This document shows, piece after piece, positions 24,601 to 38,897 of a stretch of 64,000 nucleotides of DNA. The position numbers were made by a program, and so were the translations under genes. The DNA comes from Eledone cirrhosa. Its lineage: Eukaryota. Location of the stretch: contig CAXHJY010001157.1 of the NCBI GenBank assembly GCA_964016885.1, positions 90,250-154,249 on the forward strand, written 5' to 3'. The notes beneath the pieces were generated by a model. The model was not told the DNA's origin. It was given only the letters and a program-made list of their open reading frames with translations, and made no database searches. Numbering within the stretch: the first letter of the stretch is position 1; every line of letters begins with the position of its first letter.

Positions 24601-27476
24601 GTCTACCTAGCTGTATAACAGGTGTCACCTCTTCTTGCTATAGCTACTGTGTTGTGTCACCTTAGACAGGGTACTCTACTTACCACAGTCTACCTAGCTG
24701 TATAACAGGTGTCACCTCTTCTTGCTATAGCTACTGTGTTGTGTCACCTTAGACAAGGTACTCTACTTACCACAGTCTACCTAGCTGTATTACAGGTGCC
24801 ACCTCTTCTTGCTATAGCTACTGTGTTGTGTCACCTTAGACAAGGTACTCTACTTACCACAGTCTACCTAGCTGTATAACAGGTGTCACCTCTTCTTGCT
24901 ATAGCTACTGTGTTGTGTCACCTTAGACAGGGTACTCTACTTACCACAGTCTACCTAGCTGTATTACAGGTGCCACCTCTTCTTGCTATAGCTACTGTGT
25001 TGTGTCACCTTAGACAAGGTACTCTACTTACCACAGTCTACCTAGCTGTATAACAGGTGCCACCTCTTCTTGCTATAGCTACTGTGTTGTGTCACCTTAG
25101 ACAAGGTACTCTACTTACCACAGTCTACCTAGCTGTATAACAGGTGCCACCTCTTCTTGCTATAGCTACTGTGTTGTGTCACCTTAGACAAGGTACTCTA
25201 CTTACCACAGTCTACCTAGCTGTATAACAGGTGCCACCTCTTCTTGCTATAGCTACTGTGTTGTGTCACCTTAGACAAGGTACTCTACTTACCACAGTCT
25301 ACCTAGCTGTATAACAGGTGCCACCTCTTCTTGCTATAGCTACTGTGTTGTGTCACCTTAGACAAGGTACTCTACTTACCACAGTCTACCTAGCTGTATA
25401 ACAGGTGCCACCTCTTCTTGCTATAGCTACTGTGTTGTGTCACCTTAGACAAGGTACTCTACTTACCACAGTCTACCTAGCTGTATAACAGGTGCCACCT
25501 CTTCTTGCTATAGCTACTATGTTGTGTCACCTTAGACAAGGTACTCTACTTACCACAGTCTACCTAGCTGTATAACAGGTGCCACTCCTTCTTGCTATAG
25601 CTACTGTGTTGTGTCACCTTAGACAAGGTACTCTACTTACCACAGTCTACCTAGCTGTATAACAGGTGTCACCTCTTCTTGCTATATCTACTATGTTGTG
25701 TCACCTTAGACAAGGTACTCTACTTACCACAGTCTACCTAGCTGTATAACAGGTGCCACCTCTTCTTGCTATAGCTACTATGTTGTGTCACCTTAGACAA
25801 GGTACTCTACTTACCACAGTCTACCTAGCTGTATAACAGGTGCCACCTCTTCTTGCTATAGCTACTATGTTGTGTCACCTTAGACAAGGTACTCTACTTA
25901 CCACAGTCTACCTAGCTGTATAACAGGTGCCACCTCTTCTTGCTATAGCTACTATGTTGTGTCACCTTAGACAAGGTACTCTACTTACCACAGTCTACCT
26001 AGCTGTATAACAGGTGCCACCTCTTCTTGCTATAGCTACTATGTTGTGTCACCTTAGACAAGGTACTCTACTTACCACAGTCTACCTAGCTGTATTACAG
26101 GTGTCACTCCTTCTTGCTATAGCTACTGTGTTGTGTCACCTTAGACAGGGTACTCTAGTTACCACAGTCTACCTAGCTGTATTACAGGTGCCACCTCTTC
26201 TTGCTATAGCTACTGTGTTGTGTCACCTTAGACAAGGTACTCTACTTACCACAGTCTACCTAGCTGTATAACAGGTGTCACTCCTTCTTGCTATAGCTAC
26301 TGTGTTGTGTCACCTTAGACAAGGTACTCTAGTTACCACAGTCTACCTAGCTGTATAACAGGTGCCACCTCTTCTTGCTATAGCTACTGTGTTGTGTCAC
26401 CTTAGACAAGGTACTCTACTTACCACAGTCTACCTAGCTGTATAACAGGTGTCACTCCTTCTTGCTATAGCTACTGTGTTGTGTCACCTTAGACAGGGTA
26501 CTCTAGTTACCACAGTCTACCTAGCTGTATTACAGGTGCCACCTCTTCTTGCTATAGCTACTGTGTTGTGTCACCTTAGACAAGGTACTCTACTTACCAC
26601 AGTCTACCTAGCTGTATAACAGGTGTCACTCCTTCTTGCTATAGCTACTGTGTTGTGTCACCTTAGACAAGGTACTCTAGTTACCACAGTCTACCTAGCT
26701 GTATTACAGGTGCCACCCCTTCTTGCTATAGCTACTGTGTTGTGTCACCTTAGACAAGGTACTCTACTTACCACAGTCTACCTAGCTGTATAACAGGTGC
26801 CACCTCTTCTTGCTATAGCTACTGTGTTGTGTCACCTTAGACAAGGTACTCTACTTACCACAGTCTACCTAGCTGTATTACAGGTGCCACCTCTTCTTGC
26901 TATAGCTACTGTGTTGTGTCACCTTAGACAAGGTACTCTACTTACCACAGTCTACCTAGCTGTATAACAGGTGTCACTCCTTCTTGCTATAGCTACTATG
27001 TTGTGTCACCTTAGACAAGGTACTCTAGTTACCACAGTCTACCTAGCTGTATTACAGGTGCCACCCCTTCTTGCTATAGCTACTGTGTTGTGTCACCTTA
27101 GACAAGGTACTCTAGTTACCACAGTCTACCTAGCTGTATTACAGGTGCCACCCCTTCTTGCTATAGCTACTGTGTTGTGTCACCTTAGACAAGGTACTCT
27201 ACTTACCACAGTCTACCTAGCTGTATAACAGGTGCCACCTCTTCTTGCTATAGCTACTGTGTTGTGTCACCTTAGACAAGGTACTCTACTTACCACAGTC
27301 TACCTAGCTGTATTACAGGTGCCACCCCTTCTTGTTATAGCTACTGTGTTGTGTCACCTTAGACAAGGTACTCTACTTACCACAGTCTACCTAGCTGTAT
27401 TACAGGTGCCACCCCTTCTTGTTATAGCTACTGTGTTGTGTCACCTTAGACAAGGTACTCTACTTACCCAGTCTAG
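21618..27476. repeat. 87-bp tandem satellite, ~67 highly similar copies
   Basis: Unit ccttagacaaggtactctacttaccacagtctacctagctgtataacaggtgccacctcttcttgctatagctactgtgttgtgtca. Only a few recurrent SNPs. A degenerate unit precedes it at ~21530-21617. Confidence 0.97.
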
Positions 27477-27484
27477 CTAGCTGT

Positions 27485-27719
27485 TGTTGTTAGAGAATCA
27501 AACATTCCAGTTGTTGTCTTCCTGTTTCTTCTACAACAACTATAACGGACAGAATGGAGAAGGCATTTCCCCGGAGGTCGGCGAGGGAGACGCGCTGGAA
27601 GAGCCACTCCAACTCGCGGGGCTCACACCTGCAGCTGGCCAGCTCGGCGCCTATGGTGGTGAGTAAGGAGGTAGCCCTGAGGCCGAAGACACCAGAAGTC
27701 TCCACTGTCAAGGGTACGA
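27485..27719 (-). mobile_element. CRE-clade retrotransposon short 3' copy with (AAC)n tail and target-site duplication
   Basis: Reverse-complement homolog of 16690-16945 (VPLTVETSGVFG..LFQRVSLADLRGNAFSIL). CTAGCTGT is duplicated at 27477-27484 and 27720-27727. Confidence 0.88.
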
Positions 27720-29489
27720 CTAGCTGTATAACAGGTACTACTACTTTCACAATAGATTTGCTCAATGAGCACTGTAATATAATATTCAGGAGCCCAGAAA
27801 CACTGATGCAAACAGGATTTAAGCTTGTGAGCCATTGAGTGTATCAGCACAAGCAGGTGTATTATATAAAGTACTGTGATCTACTTTGTGTACATGTGTA
27901 TATCTGTTTGTGATAATAGGTGTGTGAGAAAGTGTGTGTGGAGGGGGGCATGTATGTATCCAACATACCTTTCAAAGTTATGACCTCAATGAAGATGTCC
28001 ATCTCTACCTTTCTTTTCCCCACCATCACCACACTGCCACTACCAAGACCACCACTGCCACCATCAGCTCCCACACTTCCTACAATCACCAAGATCACCT
28101 GCCCCTCCCTCCTCAGTAAACAACAAGTCCAAACAATGTTTCTATGACAGCCAATATAGTACTGAACTATAGCCATCATATCTTTACCTAGTAAGCTTTA
28201 CATTCCACCTGTGATTAGATCAAAGGAAGAAGCCATGCTGTGTAGTTCTTGTTGTTGTGAGCATTGGGCTTAGATTTCTTTCTCATATTATTATAGAAGA
28301 TCAACTGTGTATGTAGTTTTTGTGTCGTGTTTGTTTGTCCTTTAACTAAGTGGTTCAACAAATTGAGATCGATAAAAGAAATGCCACACATGAAACAATA
28401 TAAATACTGAGGTTGATATGATTGATTAAATCGTTTAACCCTTTAGCATTTAAACCACCCGTACCTGGCCAGAATTCTCTCACCCCTTTCTGTTCAAACC
28501 AGCCATAACAGGTTGTTCATACTCATGTTAAGGTATTGTTCTCAAAATAAATAGTATCAAAATCTTATAGATTCGATATTACGAGGTAAAACATTTACCA
28601 TGAAAATATAATAGTAAATATAGAGTAATGTAAATGGTAAAGGGTTAAAGGCAACACCTCAATAATTGAAACTAGTAAAAGTGTTAAAATGACATGGCTG
28701 TGTGGTTTTAGGAGTTCCCTTTGCCTCCAAGTGGTTCTGGATTTACTCCAGTTGCATGACACCTTGGGCAAGTATCTTTTACTATAGCCTTGGGTTGAGC
28801 ATGGAATTTGGTTGATGTAAACTGCAAAAGCCTGTCATATAAATATATATATATTTATGTGTGTGTCTGTTTATATTTATATTTGTGTCTATATTTATTT
28901 CCTATAACTTAGCAGTTCAACAAACAGAGATCGATAAAATAAGTAATAAAAAAATAACTTGAGGAAAATGAGTACTGTAGTTGACATGATCCACTAAATC
29001 CTTGAAAGTGGTACCCCAGCATTGCCGCAGTCTAATGACAGAAACTAGTAAACGCGCGCGCGTGTGCGTGTGTGTGTTTCTGTGTTGACATGCTCAGACA
29101 GACTGTGATGTTTGTTTATGTCATGCAGCTGAACAGCTTCACAAGTAAAGTTCGGCAGAACAAGTTTTTTTTCGAATCCTAGGTGTTCCTCAGACATTCT
29201 TGTAAACAATGCTCTCGATCAGCAAAACAGCTAGAAATAACAGCTAAATTTCCCTCAATCCACATCCTAGTAGGGGAATAATAGTAAAATAAACAGGATC
29301 CTTGGCAGTGAAAAGGTAAGGCACCAATGACCTAAACATACACACTCCAAAAAATGGGATGGTTATGACTTTGAATTTAGATTTTTCCCATCGACAAAAA
29401 CAACTAAGGCCCACCTTACTGCTCCTCTCCTAAACAACAACCATCACAATCCCCATTCCCAGCTCATCAGTCACTCCATGACATCACTG

Positions 29490-29945
29490 CACCAAATACC
29501 TGAAGCAGTCACAGCCATACCATTCCTGATTCAGTCAGCCAGTCCACTACACCACACCACACCAAGACATGAAGTAATCACAACACATCAATCATTTCAC
29601 TACACCACTCCACAAAATATGTGAAGTCACACAGCCATACGATTCAACTATCTCACCACTCTACCAATTATGTAAAGCAGTCACAACCATACCAGCCAAC
29701 CATCTTGCTGTTCAGTCGGCCACTCCACCAATTATGTAAAGCAGTCACAACCATGCCATCCAACACATCCCACCATTCAATCAGTCATTCTATTACTCCA
29801 CCAAATATGTGAAGCAGTCACACAACCAATCGGCTATTCCACTACACCACTCCAAATATGTGAAGCAGTCACACAGCCATATCATCCAACCATTCCACTA
29901 CACCATTCCACCAAATATGTGAAGCAGTCACACAGCCATACCGTA
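29490..29945. repeat. Diverged tandem repeat (ccaaatatgtgaagcagtcaca core)
   Basis: About 8 imperfect recurrences of the core. Confidence 0.7.
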
Positions 29946-32519
29946 TGTTACATCTTGGTAATGTAGCAACTGAAACTGTGCAGCACACACACACATATAT
30001 ACACTGAATAACTGAAATACTGCAACAGCACTGCAGTTTGACGGAGACAGCAGAACTGCAGAATTATGGTGGTGATAGTGGTACAGTAGCAGTGAAGGTG
30101 GCAATATCTGAGGTGTTGGTGATGATGGTAGTGGTGGCAGCAGTGGTGGTGACGGTAGTAGTAGTAGTAGTAGTAGTAGTAGTGTAAGTGATAGTAAACG
30201 GTCGTATTGGTTGTAGTGATGTGGCAATAGTATTGTTGGAGGTAGTGATGGTGATTGTGAGGGTGGATAACTGATGTTTAGTTATAAATATGAGAGATGT
30301 ATGATTATAAACCACCACCACGACAACGACCATGGTGGTGATGATGAAGATGGTGGTGGTGGTGGTGATGATGATGGTGGCGGTGGTGGTAGTGGTGATG
30401 GTGGTGGTGATGATGATGGTGGCGGTGGTGGTAGTGGTGATGGTGGTGGTGGTGGTGATGTGTGCTGTGTCAACAAGAGATTAAACAATATGCTGAGTGC
30501 TGTGTATATACGAGAGAAAGATAGATACAAAGAAAGGGATCAAGAGACATAGAGAAAGAGAAAACAAAGCAGAGAAAAAGTGAGAGACACAAAGAAAGAG
30601 TGAGAGACAAAGAAATTGGAAGCAAGAAGAAAATGAAGAAAATGGTTTTCTAGTTTTCAAGTGTCTTATTCAAGAACACAATACACTACAGTACCAGTCT
30701 ATGGTGGTGGACTGGTGGAATGAATTTCTAGACTGTCTGACCATATCTCTAATGAAATACACAATTGCCAGAGTTGTTAAGAGCAATGGAGAATTGAATG
30801 CTCCAAGGTATTTGCTCTCTGTACACCAAATTCAAATCCTACTGAAGTCAACTTTGCCTTTCAGGGTCAATAAATCAACTGCCATTCCATGGCAGTGAAT
30901 TGGTGGAATTGTTAGAGCACCAGGCATGATGCTTTGTCGTATCTCTTTCTGCCCTTTGCATTTTGAATTCTCCTACAATGTCATTGGCATCAAGCTGTAT
31001 TGGCCCTTGCTCTTTCCCCTTGGACAATATCTGTGCCATAGAAAGAGGGGAAACTTGCATACATGGCCAACTGCTGGTCTTCCAGACACATGAAAAAGGA
31101 AAACAACCTTGCCCAGACTTGCATCTTGGAGAGGAACTTTCCAGGTGTAGAAACCTTGGTCTCAAGACATACAGAGGTCTGTGATGGTATTTATATGGGA
31201 TATTGTAGAAACTCTAGTTATCTCTCTATCCAGTTATCTAGATTTCTCTCATTTATCTACCTGTATCACTATTTCTCTCACACACACCTCTCTCTCACAC
31301 ACCTCTCTCTCACACACCTCTCTCTCACACACACCTTTCTTCACTTCATGTCTTTATTCCTCTCTCTCTCTACATACCTATGATATTTTTTACTGTTTAA
31401 CCAGGGATGGCGGGACAGAACCCATAACCCTTTTCTGGGCTTCTGAGACTAGTGGAAGGAAGGGAAGAAGGCAGGAAGGTATCCTTAAACTGTCAACCTG
31501 CCAGGGATGGAGGGAGGAACAGTGCCCAGAACCCTTTTCAAGGCTTCTGAGACTAGTGGAAGGAAGGGCAGTAGGTAGGAAGGTATCCCCAAACTGCAGA
31601 CCTGGTACTAAAGACATTTTTGTTTACCCTCTACTCACTTAGTTTCTCTTCCTTCTTCTCAGGTACAGGTAAGAGGGCAGATGTAACAATATGCTGCTAA
31701 TTGCTTATGGTTTAGTTCAGAAATTATTCTTGTGAGTGATAAGGGTGTTGCTGGAGGAAGGGTGTAGGTGTCAATAAGGAAGGTGTAAATGGAGATAGAG
31801 GTGGGCAGTGGATATGGATTTTAACTTAAGTGTCATCTGTCTGTCTGTGTGTCCATCTATGTATAAATGACATTCCTGTGACATTTAGTCATCCATTATC
31901 AGAAGTATAAGTGTATGTGTGGAGGAGTGTCCATGTGTGTGTGTGTGTGCGTGTGCGGAGGAGTGGATATGTATGTGTGTGTGTGTGTGTGTGCATGTGT
32001 ATCAACATCACAGTGCATTTGTATGTATGTGCCTGAATGCAATATGTATGGATGTGCATGTGTGTGTGTATCAAAGTTATCAAAGTCAAAGCTTTATATA
32101 CATATATTACAAAACAGGGGTTATAGAGAAAAGGTGGAATTGGAAATAGCACGGAAAATATACTTAAGGATCTGTTTTTCTTTTTTTCTTCTTTGATTCG
32201 TCAAGGTGACATTATTGAAAAAAATGAGAGGAACAATTCTTTTTTTAAAAAAAGGAGTTTTATGATGGATGTATATAAAATATAACTGGTTTCAATGTAT
32301 CGGTGTGAACCATCTTGTCGCTGGAGAATGTGTTGCTGCATGTGGCAATGCAGAAAAGTACACCCAAAGTTCTTTCTCCCAATCACACACACACATTTCA
32401 GAGTTCAGTAAGATGATGATAGTGGGTATTGACTGGGTCATCTGGTCAGAATAGCAGGAAGCACATGGGTTGGTTGGGGTAAACTGAGGTGGGTGGATGG
32501 GGGAGTTGTGCTGTAGGTA

Positions 32520-32600
<81 letters not shown>

Positions 32601-32717
32601 TATAGAATAAAAGAGAGAGAGAACACATAAGAAACAAATATATATTTGCACTAGCAAACATGAACCAAATATAAATGAGGAGACAAGGGCTGAGAAAGAG
32701 AGAAAAAGACAAAGAAT

Positions 32718-32770
<53 letters not shown>

Positions 32771-33118
32771 GAGGGGGGGGTATGGAGAGACAGACCTTAA
32801 GAGACTGCAAGGAAAAGAGAGCCTGAAGGGAAATAACTCCCCTACACCTTCATTAGAGTGATATTGGGGGGGGGGGGGGGGGGTTACCAACTCCCCAACC
32901 TTCTATATGTAAATATTTTCAGTATTGGGTGTCCTTAGAGGGCAAACATCCGGTGGGGTGGTGGCAGCTGCATGTTATGGTGTAGAAGGATGGATGGCTT
33001 GAGGTAGGAAGTGGGAAAGAGGAAAGTGGGAGAGAGTGGAGTTAGGAAGTGTTAGGAAGCAAAGGACAACAGACACATCCTGTCTACACACACACATACA
33101 TACGTATATATGCTTACA

Positions 33119-33171
<53 letters not shown>

Positions 33172-34240
33172 TTACACACTGCTGTCTGGCTGGATTGAAC
33201 TTGGTGTCTGCTACTGACTTTACTGGCTTCCAAAAGTCACACACACACATATGTATATATGCTTACACACACATATGCATATACGCTTACACAAACACAC
33301 AGTCACATACACTGCTGTTGGATTGAACTTGGTGTCTGCTACTGACTTTACTGGCTTCCAAAAGTTTACACACATACACAAATTTAATACATATGCACAC
33401 ATACAATTTAATACATACACACACATACACAACTTTTTTTCTTTACATGAACATTAAAGGACCATTGGTTGTTGTAATGCCATCAGGTGCTACCTAATAA
33501 TAACATCAAAGGATCCCCCATCCCCAATCATCAGTTGCTACCCAGTCTTAGTACAAAGTGTAAAGGGCCGGGTCTCAGGTTCGATCTCACTATGTGACAT
33601 CTTGGGATCGTGTCATAGCTTTGGGTTGAGCCATGCCTTGTGAGTAAAATTTGGTAGACAGAAACTATGTGGAAGCTTGTTGAATGGACAGCACTTGCAA
33701 TTGAAAGAGCCAGCATTGTCACACACAAACACTGCATCACAGTGAATCTCCCCGAGTATTATGTTATGGGTACACATGTCTGTGGAATGCTCAGCCACCT
33801 ACACGTTAATTTCATGAGCTGGCTGTTCTGTTGTTTAAACAACTGGAACACTCATCATCGAAACTGACGTCCATTCCATGAAGTTCAAAGCATCATTTTA
33901 CTTCCTATAGTGGGAAGAGGGAAGCAGTGTGTGAGAATGTAATAAGAGGAAAGTTAAGTTCTGTCTCAAGCTTGAAGAAAACCAGAGAATACAAAAAAAA
34001 AAAAGGAAAAGTAGCTGATCCTCATATTGGACCAAGGAAACAATGTTTCCATTGGTCTTTCCACTGCTGATACTATCTGTCAGTTGTAACTCCTGGCAAA
34101 AGGAACAACGTGAAAAGTATTTAGCTCAAAAACTCAACACATCTCCTTATACAGGAATTGAACCCATGTCTTTATGATCATGAGTCCAACACCCTAAATT
34201 AGAATGCTGTTGAAGCATGTATACACTTTTTGGGGACACC

Positions 34241-34267
<27 letters not shown>

Positions 34268-34279
<12 letters not shown>

Positions 34280-34948
34280 TACACATCCCAGGTAGACGTA
34301 TTCCTCCACCTCCTCTATTTCATCACCGCCAACCACCATTCGACCTGTTGGTACGTTGTCATCTTGAGGCCTACTGCAGAGCCATTGAGAGGGAGATCTC
34401 GCGGAGAGTAAGGGCCGGATGGAAGGCATTCAACGGCATAAGGGATGTGCTCAAGGGGAGGTTGGCCCGGGTGGTCTTGTCCAAGACTACCCGCGCCAAC
34501 CTCTTCAATAGCACAGTTTTACCTGCAATGTTATATGGCAGTGAAACTTGGGCTACAACGAAGAGAGAAGAGCAGAGGTTGGTAACGGCTCAAAGAGCCA
34601 TGGAGAGATCAATGCTAGGAATCTCGTTGAGAGAGCACATCAGGAGCGAAGTCATCAGACAGAAGTCCGGCATGGGGGATATCATCACGGAATATATGCA
34701 CAGCAAGTTCAGATGGGCTGGACACATCGCCCAGTTCACCGATAATCGGTGGACCCGCGCAGTTGCCGAGAGGTACCCGCGTGAGCGGAAACAACCACTC
34801 GGAAGGCCTCCACGAGGGTGGAGTTACGATTTTAGGAATACGATTGGGACTACATGGATGAGGAAAGCACGATCCAGAGAGGAATGGATGGCGTGCTGTG
34901 ACCAGCGGCGCCGATGGACGCCCAACAGACTGGTCGGTCAAGGTGATA
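34268..34948 (+). mobile_element. RTE-clade LINE 3' fragment with inverted 5' segment
   Basis: Plus ORF REISRRVRAGWKAF..LPAMLYGSETW..RWAGH..GRPP. The preceding ~100 bp encode VVGGDEIEEVEEYVYLG on the minus strand. Sits next to (TA)n. Confidence 0.88.
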
Positions 34949-35049
34949 TACACATACACACACAAGAAATGTGAGAGTGTAAGCAAACTAACAGAAAAGG
35001 GAGATTTTGTATGTAGGAGATTCACAGGGGTAGTTAGTATTGAGAGCTC

Positions 35050-35400
35050 CAGCGTGGTGTTAATATACATGAAAGACTTAATATGTATGGAGGGCTGAGA
35101 GAAAAATTGAGTATAAGAGGAATCAAATGTTGTGTGCAAGAGAGAAGACTGACTGGTATGGACATGTGATGCATATGGATGATAATTAGAAGTACTAGGA
35201 ATTTCCAGTGGAAGGAAGCTGCAGTAGAGGAAGGTGATGGAAGACCTGGGCAAAAGTGGTGATAGTGGATCTCAAAACGCTGAACCTGGCAGAGGAGATG
35301 ACGAAGGAACACAGTTGATGGAGGGAAGATGTGTTGGGAAAGACCTGTCCAATCTATGCAAGCAAGGAAAAGTGGATGCAAAACGATGATGATAATGATT
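35050..35400 (+). mobile_element. Decayed RTE LINE 3' end
   Basis: Similar to 47150-47470 (ataagaggaatcaaatgttgt..tggtatggacatgtgatgc) and ends in a gatgatgat tail. Another relic at ~44040-44330. Confidence 0.7.
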
Positions 35401-37964
35401 TGAAATGTGCACGACCCAACACAAATGATCATAATGATAGTTGACTACTATAAGTAATAATTGGAAAAAAAAAAAAAAAAAAAAAAAATCGGGTAAAATA
35501 GTCCTTGACAGACAAAAGTGAACAGAGGAGCCTGCAAGGAGCTAAAACATGTATCTCTCAAATGCATTAAATGCTGAATATCAATTCCATCTTTTTAGAA
35601 GTTTTTAAGCCTGTAACTAGAAGTGTAAACAAAGTGGTTGGCTCAAGAAGCATTTTCCATTATTTAAGGACACCAGTCTACCTCAGTTTGTAATAATGTA
35701 TTGGCTGATGCAGTGGAGATTTCTGGCTGTTCTTTATGTAAACCTTTTCCCACAGAGTGTGTGAAGGTGTATGGATAAGTGGTTAAGGTGCTGGCCTTAT
35801 GATTGCAAGGTCATGAGTTTAATTCTTGGACTGAGTGGCGCATAGTGTCCTTGAGCAAGCCCCTTTATTTCATGTTGCTCCAGTCTAGAAAAAAATGATT
35901 TGTGATAACAATGGTGCCAAACTGTATCAGCCTTTGCTTTTCTCTTAGGCAACATCAGTGTGATAGAGAGGGGATAGTGGCAGGCAGATATAGGCAACTG
36001 CTGGTTTTCCATAAAAATGTTTTTTCCTAGGGTTACACCTTGAAACGGCAGGCCCATGGTCACTTAGTCATAGGTATAAAGCCCATGGCCAGTCATGACT
36101 GAAGTGGGTCCTCTCTCTGCAGAGATATGCTGTCCAACAAGGACTTTAAAGTTTGCACTCCAGTTGTTGTTTTTTTATTACTATCTTATGTTGTTTAATG
36201 AATTCTACATAAATAATATAACTCTTCTTATTGAACTTAACCCACCAAGCCAATTAAACACTTATCTATTATGCAGTACTCCTGCCACCTGCTACAGTGG
36301 ACTGTAGCCCTCACCACTTAACCCTTTTAATACCAAACTGCTCAACTAAACAGTAAAAAAACAATGAAGTAATGTAGCCTGAGATATATGTTAAAATATA
36401 CTGGAAAGCCACTAATCAAAGGTCTTTTCTATAAGGTTTGAACTGGGGTTAAACAATACCCAGGATCTAGCTTGTGACTCCAGAGATTAAATAGAAGTAA
36501 GTGGGTGGGAAATGTTTAATCACCTACACACATTCAGGCAGGTGGTATTTTATTTCAAGCAACTGTTGTTACCAGTAGCAATGACCATGGTGGTGATGAT
36601 AATGATAACAAACAAACTCTAGCCATTAGTTATTTTAGAATTAGACACTAAACCAGTTTTCAAGGTATCCAGGCAATAAAAGTGTTTCAGGTTATTGAAG
36701 CCTGCCTCCCTCCTTCCTCTTCACACTCACTCACGCTGGAGGAAAGAATTTGTGGGGATTCATTTATATAACTTTCTCATTATTAACCCTTTAGCATTTA
36801 AGCTGGCTGTATCTGGCCAGAATTCTTACCTCTTTCTGTTCAAACCGGCTGTAACTGGCCCCCTCATACTTTAAGGTATTATTCTCAAAATAAATAATAT
36901 CAAAATCTCATAGATTTGATAATATGTGGGATAATTATGTGAGGTAAAGCCTTTACCATGAAATTACAATAGTAAATATAGAGTAATGTAAATGTTGAAA
37001 GGTTAATTTAGTGTTTAGAAAATAACATGAAATTACGACAGAATGTTTTTCAATAAAAATAAACAGTTTTGTATTGTAGAAGTAAGGATAGTATCAAGTG
37101 GTTTAGGATCAAAAAGGTTAAACACAATTTGAGAATTAGTAAGTATTTACAGGTTAGCTTACTCAACATGCAGGGGAAATAAAGACATACTCTAATTTCT
37201 TCACCATATATATCCAGTTAAGTACAATCCATTGTCATTTTTATTCTGTTCTGTTAATCTAATAAAAAACACTGATTTTCAATTAATTTTGAAAATAATC
37301 AGGTTTAATAAACAGATTTAATAAAATCACTTTCTAATTAATTGTTTCTACTTTTGGCACAAGGCCAGTAATTACCCAGTACATTACTGGTACTTTATTT
37401 TATCGACCCCGTAAGGATGAAAGGCAAAGTTAACCTCGGCGGGATTTGAACTCAGAATGGCAAGGGCCGTAACTCTATACGTCAAAGCATGGCGTCCGAC
37501 CCTCTACCAACACTGTTGGGACATAACTTAAAAGTTGTTACACGAAATTATGATGGAAGACTTTAAATATATAAATATACTTTAAAGTAGACAGTTTTGT
37601 ATTATAGAATAAGGGGAAGATTCAGGTGGTCAAGTATTAAATAGGTTAAATACAATTTCATGTGAATGTGTGTGGCCTAGTGGTTAGGGTGCCGAACTCA
37701 CGATCATAAGGTTGTGTGTTTGATTCCTGGATCAGATAATGTATTGTGCTCTTGAGCATGATGCTTCATTTCACATTCCTTTTCATGATAGGAACAGGAC
37801 CCCTACTTTAAAAACACATAAGAAACCACCTATAGACATGCAACCTTGTAGGGAGCCAGCTAAACCTAAATAGGTGTGAACTGCAAATTTCATCTCATTA
37901 TATTTTTCAATAAGGCGGTGGATTGGCAGTATTGGTCGGGTGACCATGGCTTGCTCATACAGAA

Positions 37965-38247
37965 CTGATTCTGGGTTGATTTCTACAGCTGGATGCCCTT
38001 CCTAACACCAACCTCATTTACAGTGAGTGCTGGGTGTTTTTTTTGCCGAGGCACCTCCACGACCACTTTGCAGTGGAATGATAGGGACCCCAGTCCCTAT
38101 CATCTCATTTCTACAGCTGAGTAAACTGGAGCAATGTGAAATAAAGTGTCTTGCTCAAGGAAACAACACATCACCCGGTCTGAGAATTGAACTCACAACC
38201 TTTCGATTGCAAGGCCAATGTTCTAACCACTAAGCCATGTGTCTCCA
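37965..38247 (-). mobile_element. tRNA-derived SINE with RTE-derived 3' tail (copy)
   Basis: Near-identical reverse complement of 47960-48240. Confidence 0.85.
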
Positions 38248-38897
38248 TGGTAAGACATAATGGCTCTAGTTATGGCACTAGAGTATAGAGTACTAACCAT
38301 ATCTGGCCATCTCTGTCCCAATTTCAGTAAGTAGAAAGGTAGTTCAGGGATCCAGGAAGGAAACAAGATGTTTCTACCACTATGTGTTTGCAACAACTAT
38401 CCACTCTCTGACAGGTTTCTCACTGATCCCGTAGTGATAGAAATATCTGATGTCTGTGGAAGTGTGTCTGTGGGGGGTCCCTGAATCACCTCACTACTTA
38501 CTGAACAATCCAATATCGAGATCAAAATTTGCAAGAATAAGCCTCTTGAGACGGTCTTGATGGACATTTTCAGTGTACCTCTCTTGCTATCCTCCAGGGC
38601 AACACAGCAACCATTCTGTATACTAGGGCCATGAAACAATACTATTCATGAAAATAGAAGTCACCTGCAACTTACCAAGTTCATGGATTTACCAGCTAAA
38701 GGATCAATAATTTATATCCCTCAATATTAACCCTTTTATTACCATATTTTTAATGAAAGACATTGCCTTTAATTTTCAATTAATTTTGAAAAATAATCAG
38801 AAATATGGAGAGATTTAGTAATATAACTAACTTTCTCATTACTAATCTGGTGTTTAGAACATATAGGTTCTCACATAAAATTATAATAGATATGTTG

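Noticed and set aside
21618-27476. CRISPR-like array or 29-aa repeat protein (PPLLAIATVLCHLRQGTLLTTVYLAVLQV)
   Set aside because: Units are contiguous with no unique spacers and there are no cas genes in this eukaryotic context. Most units carry an in-frame TAA (gtaTAA versus gtaTTA), and all three minus frames contain stops.
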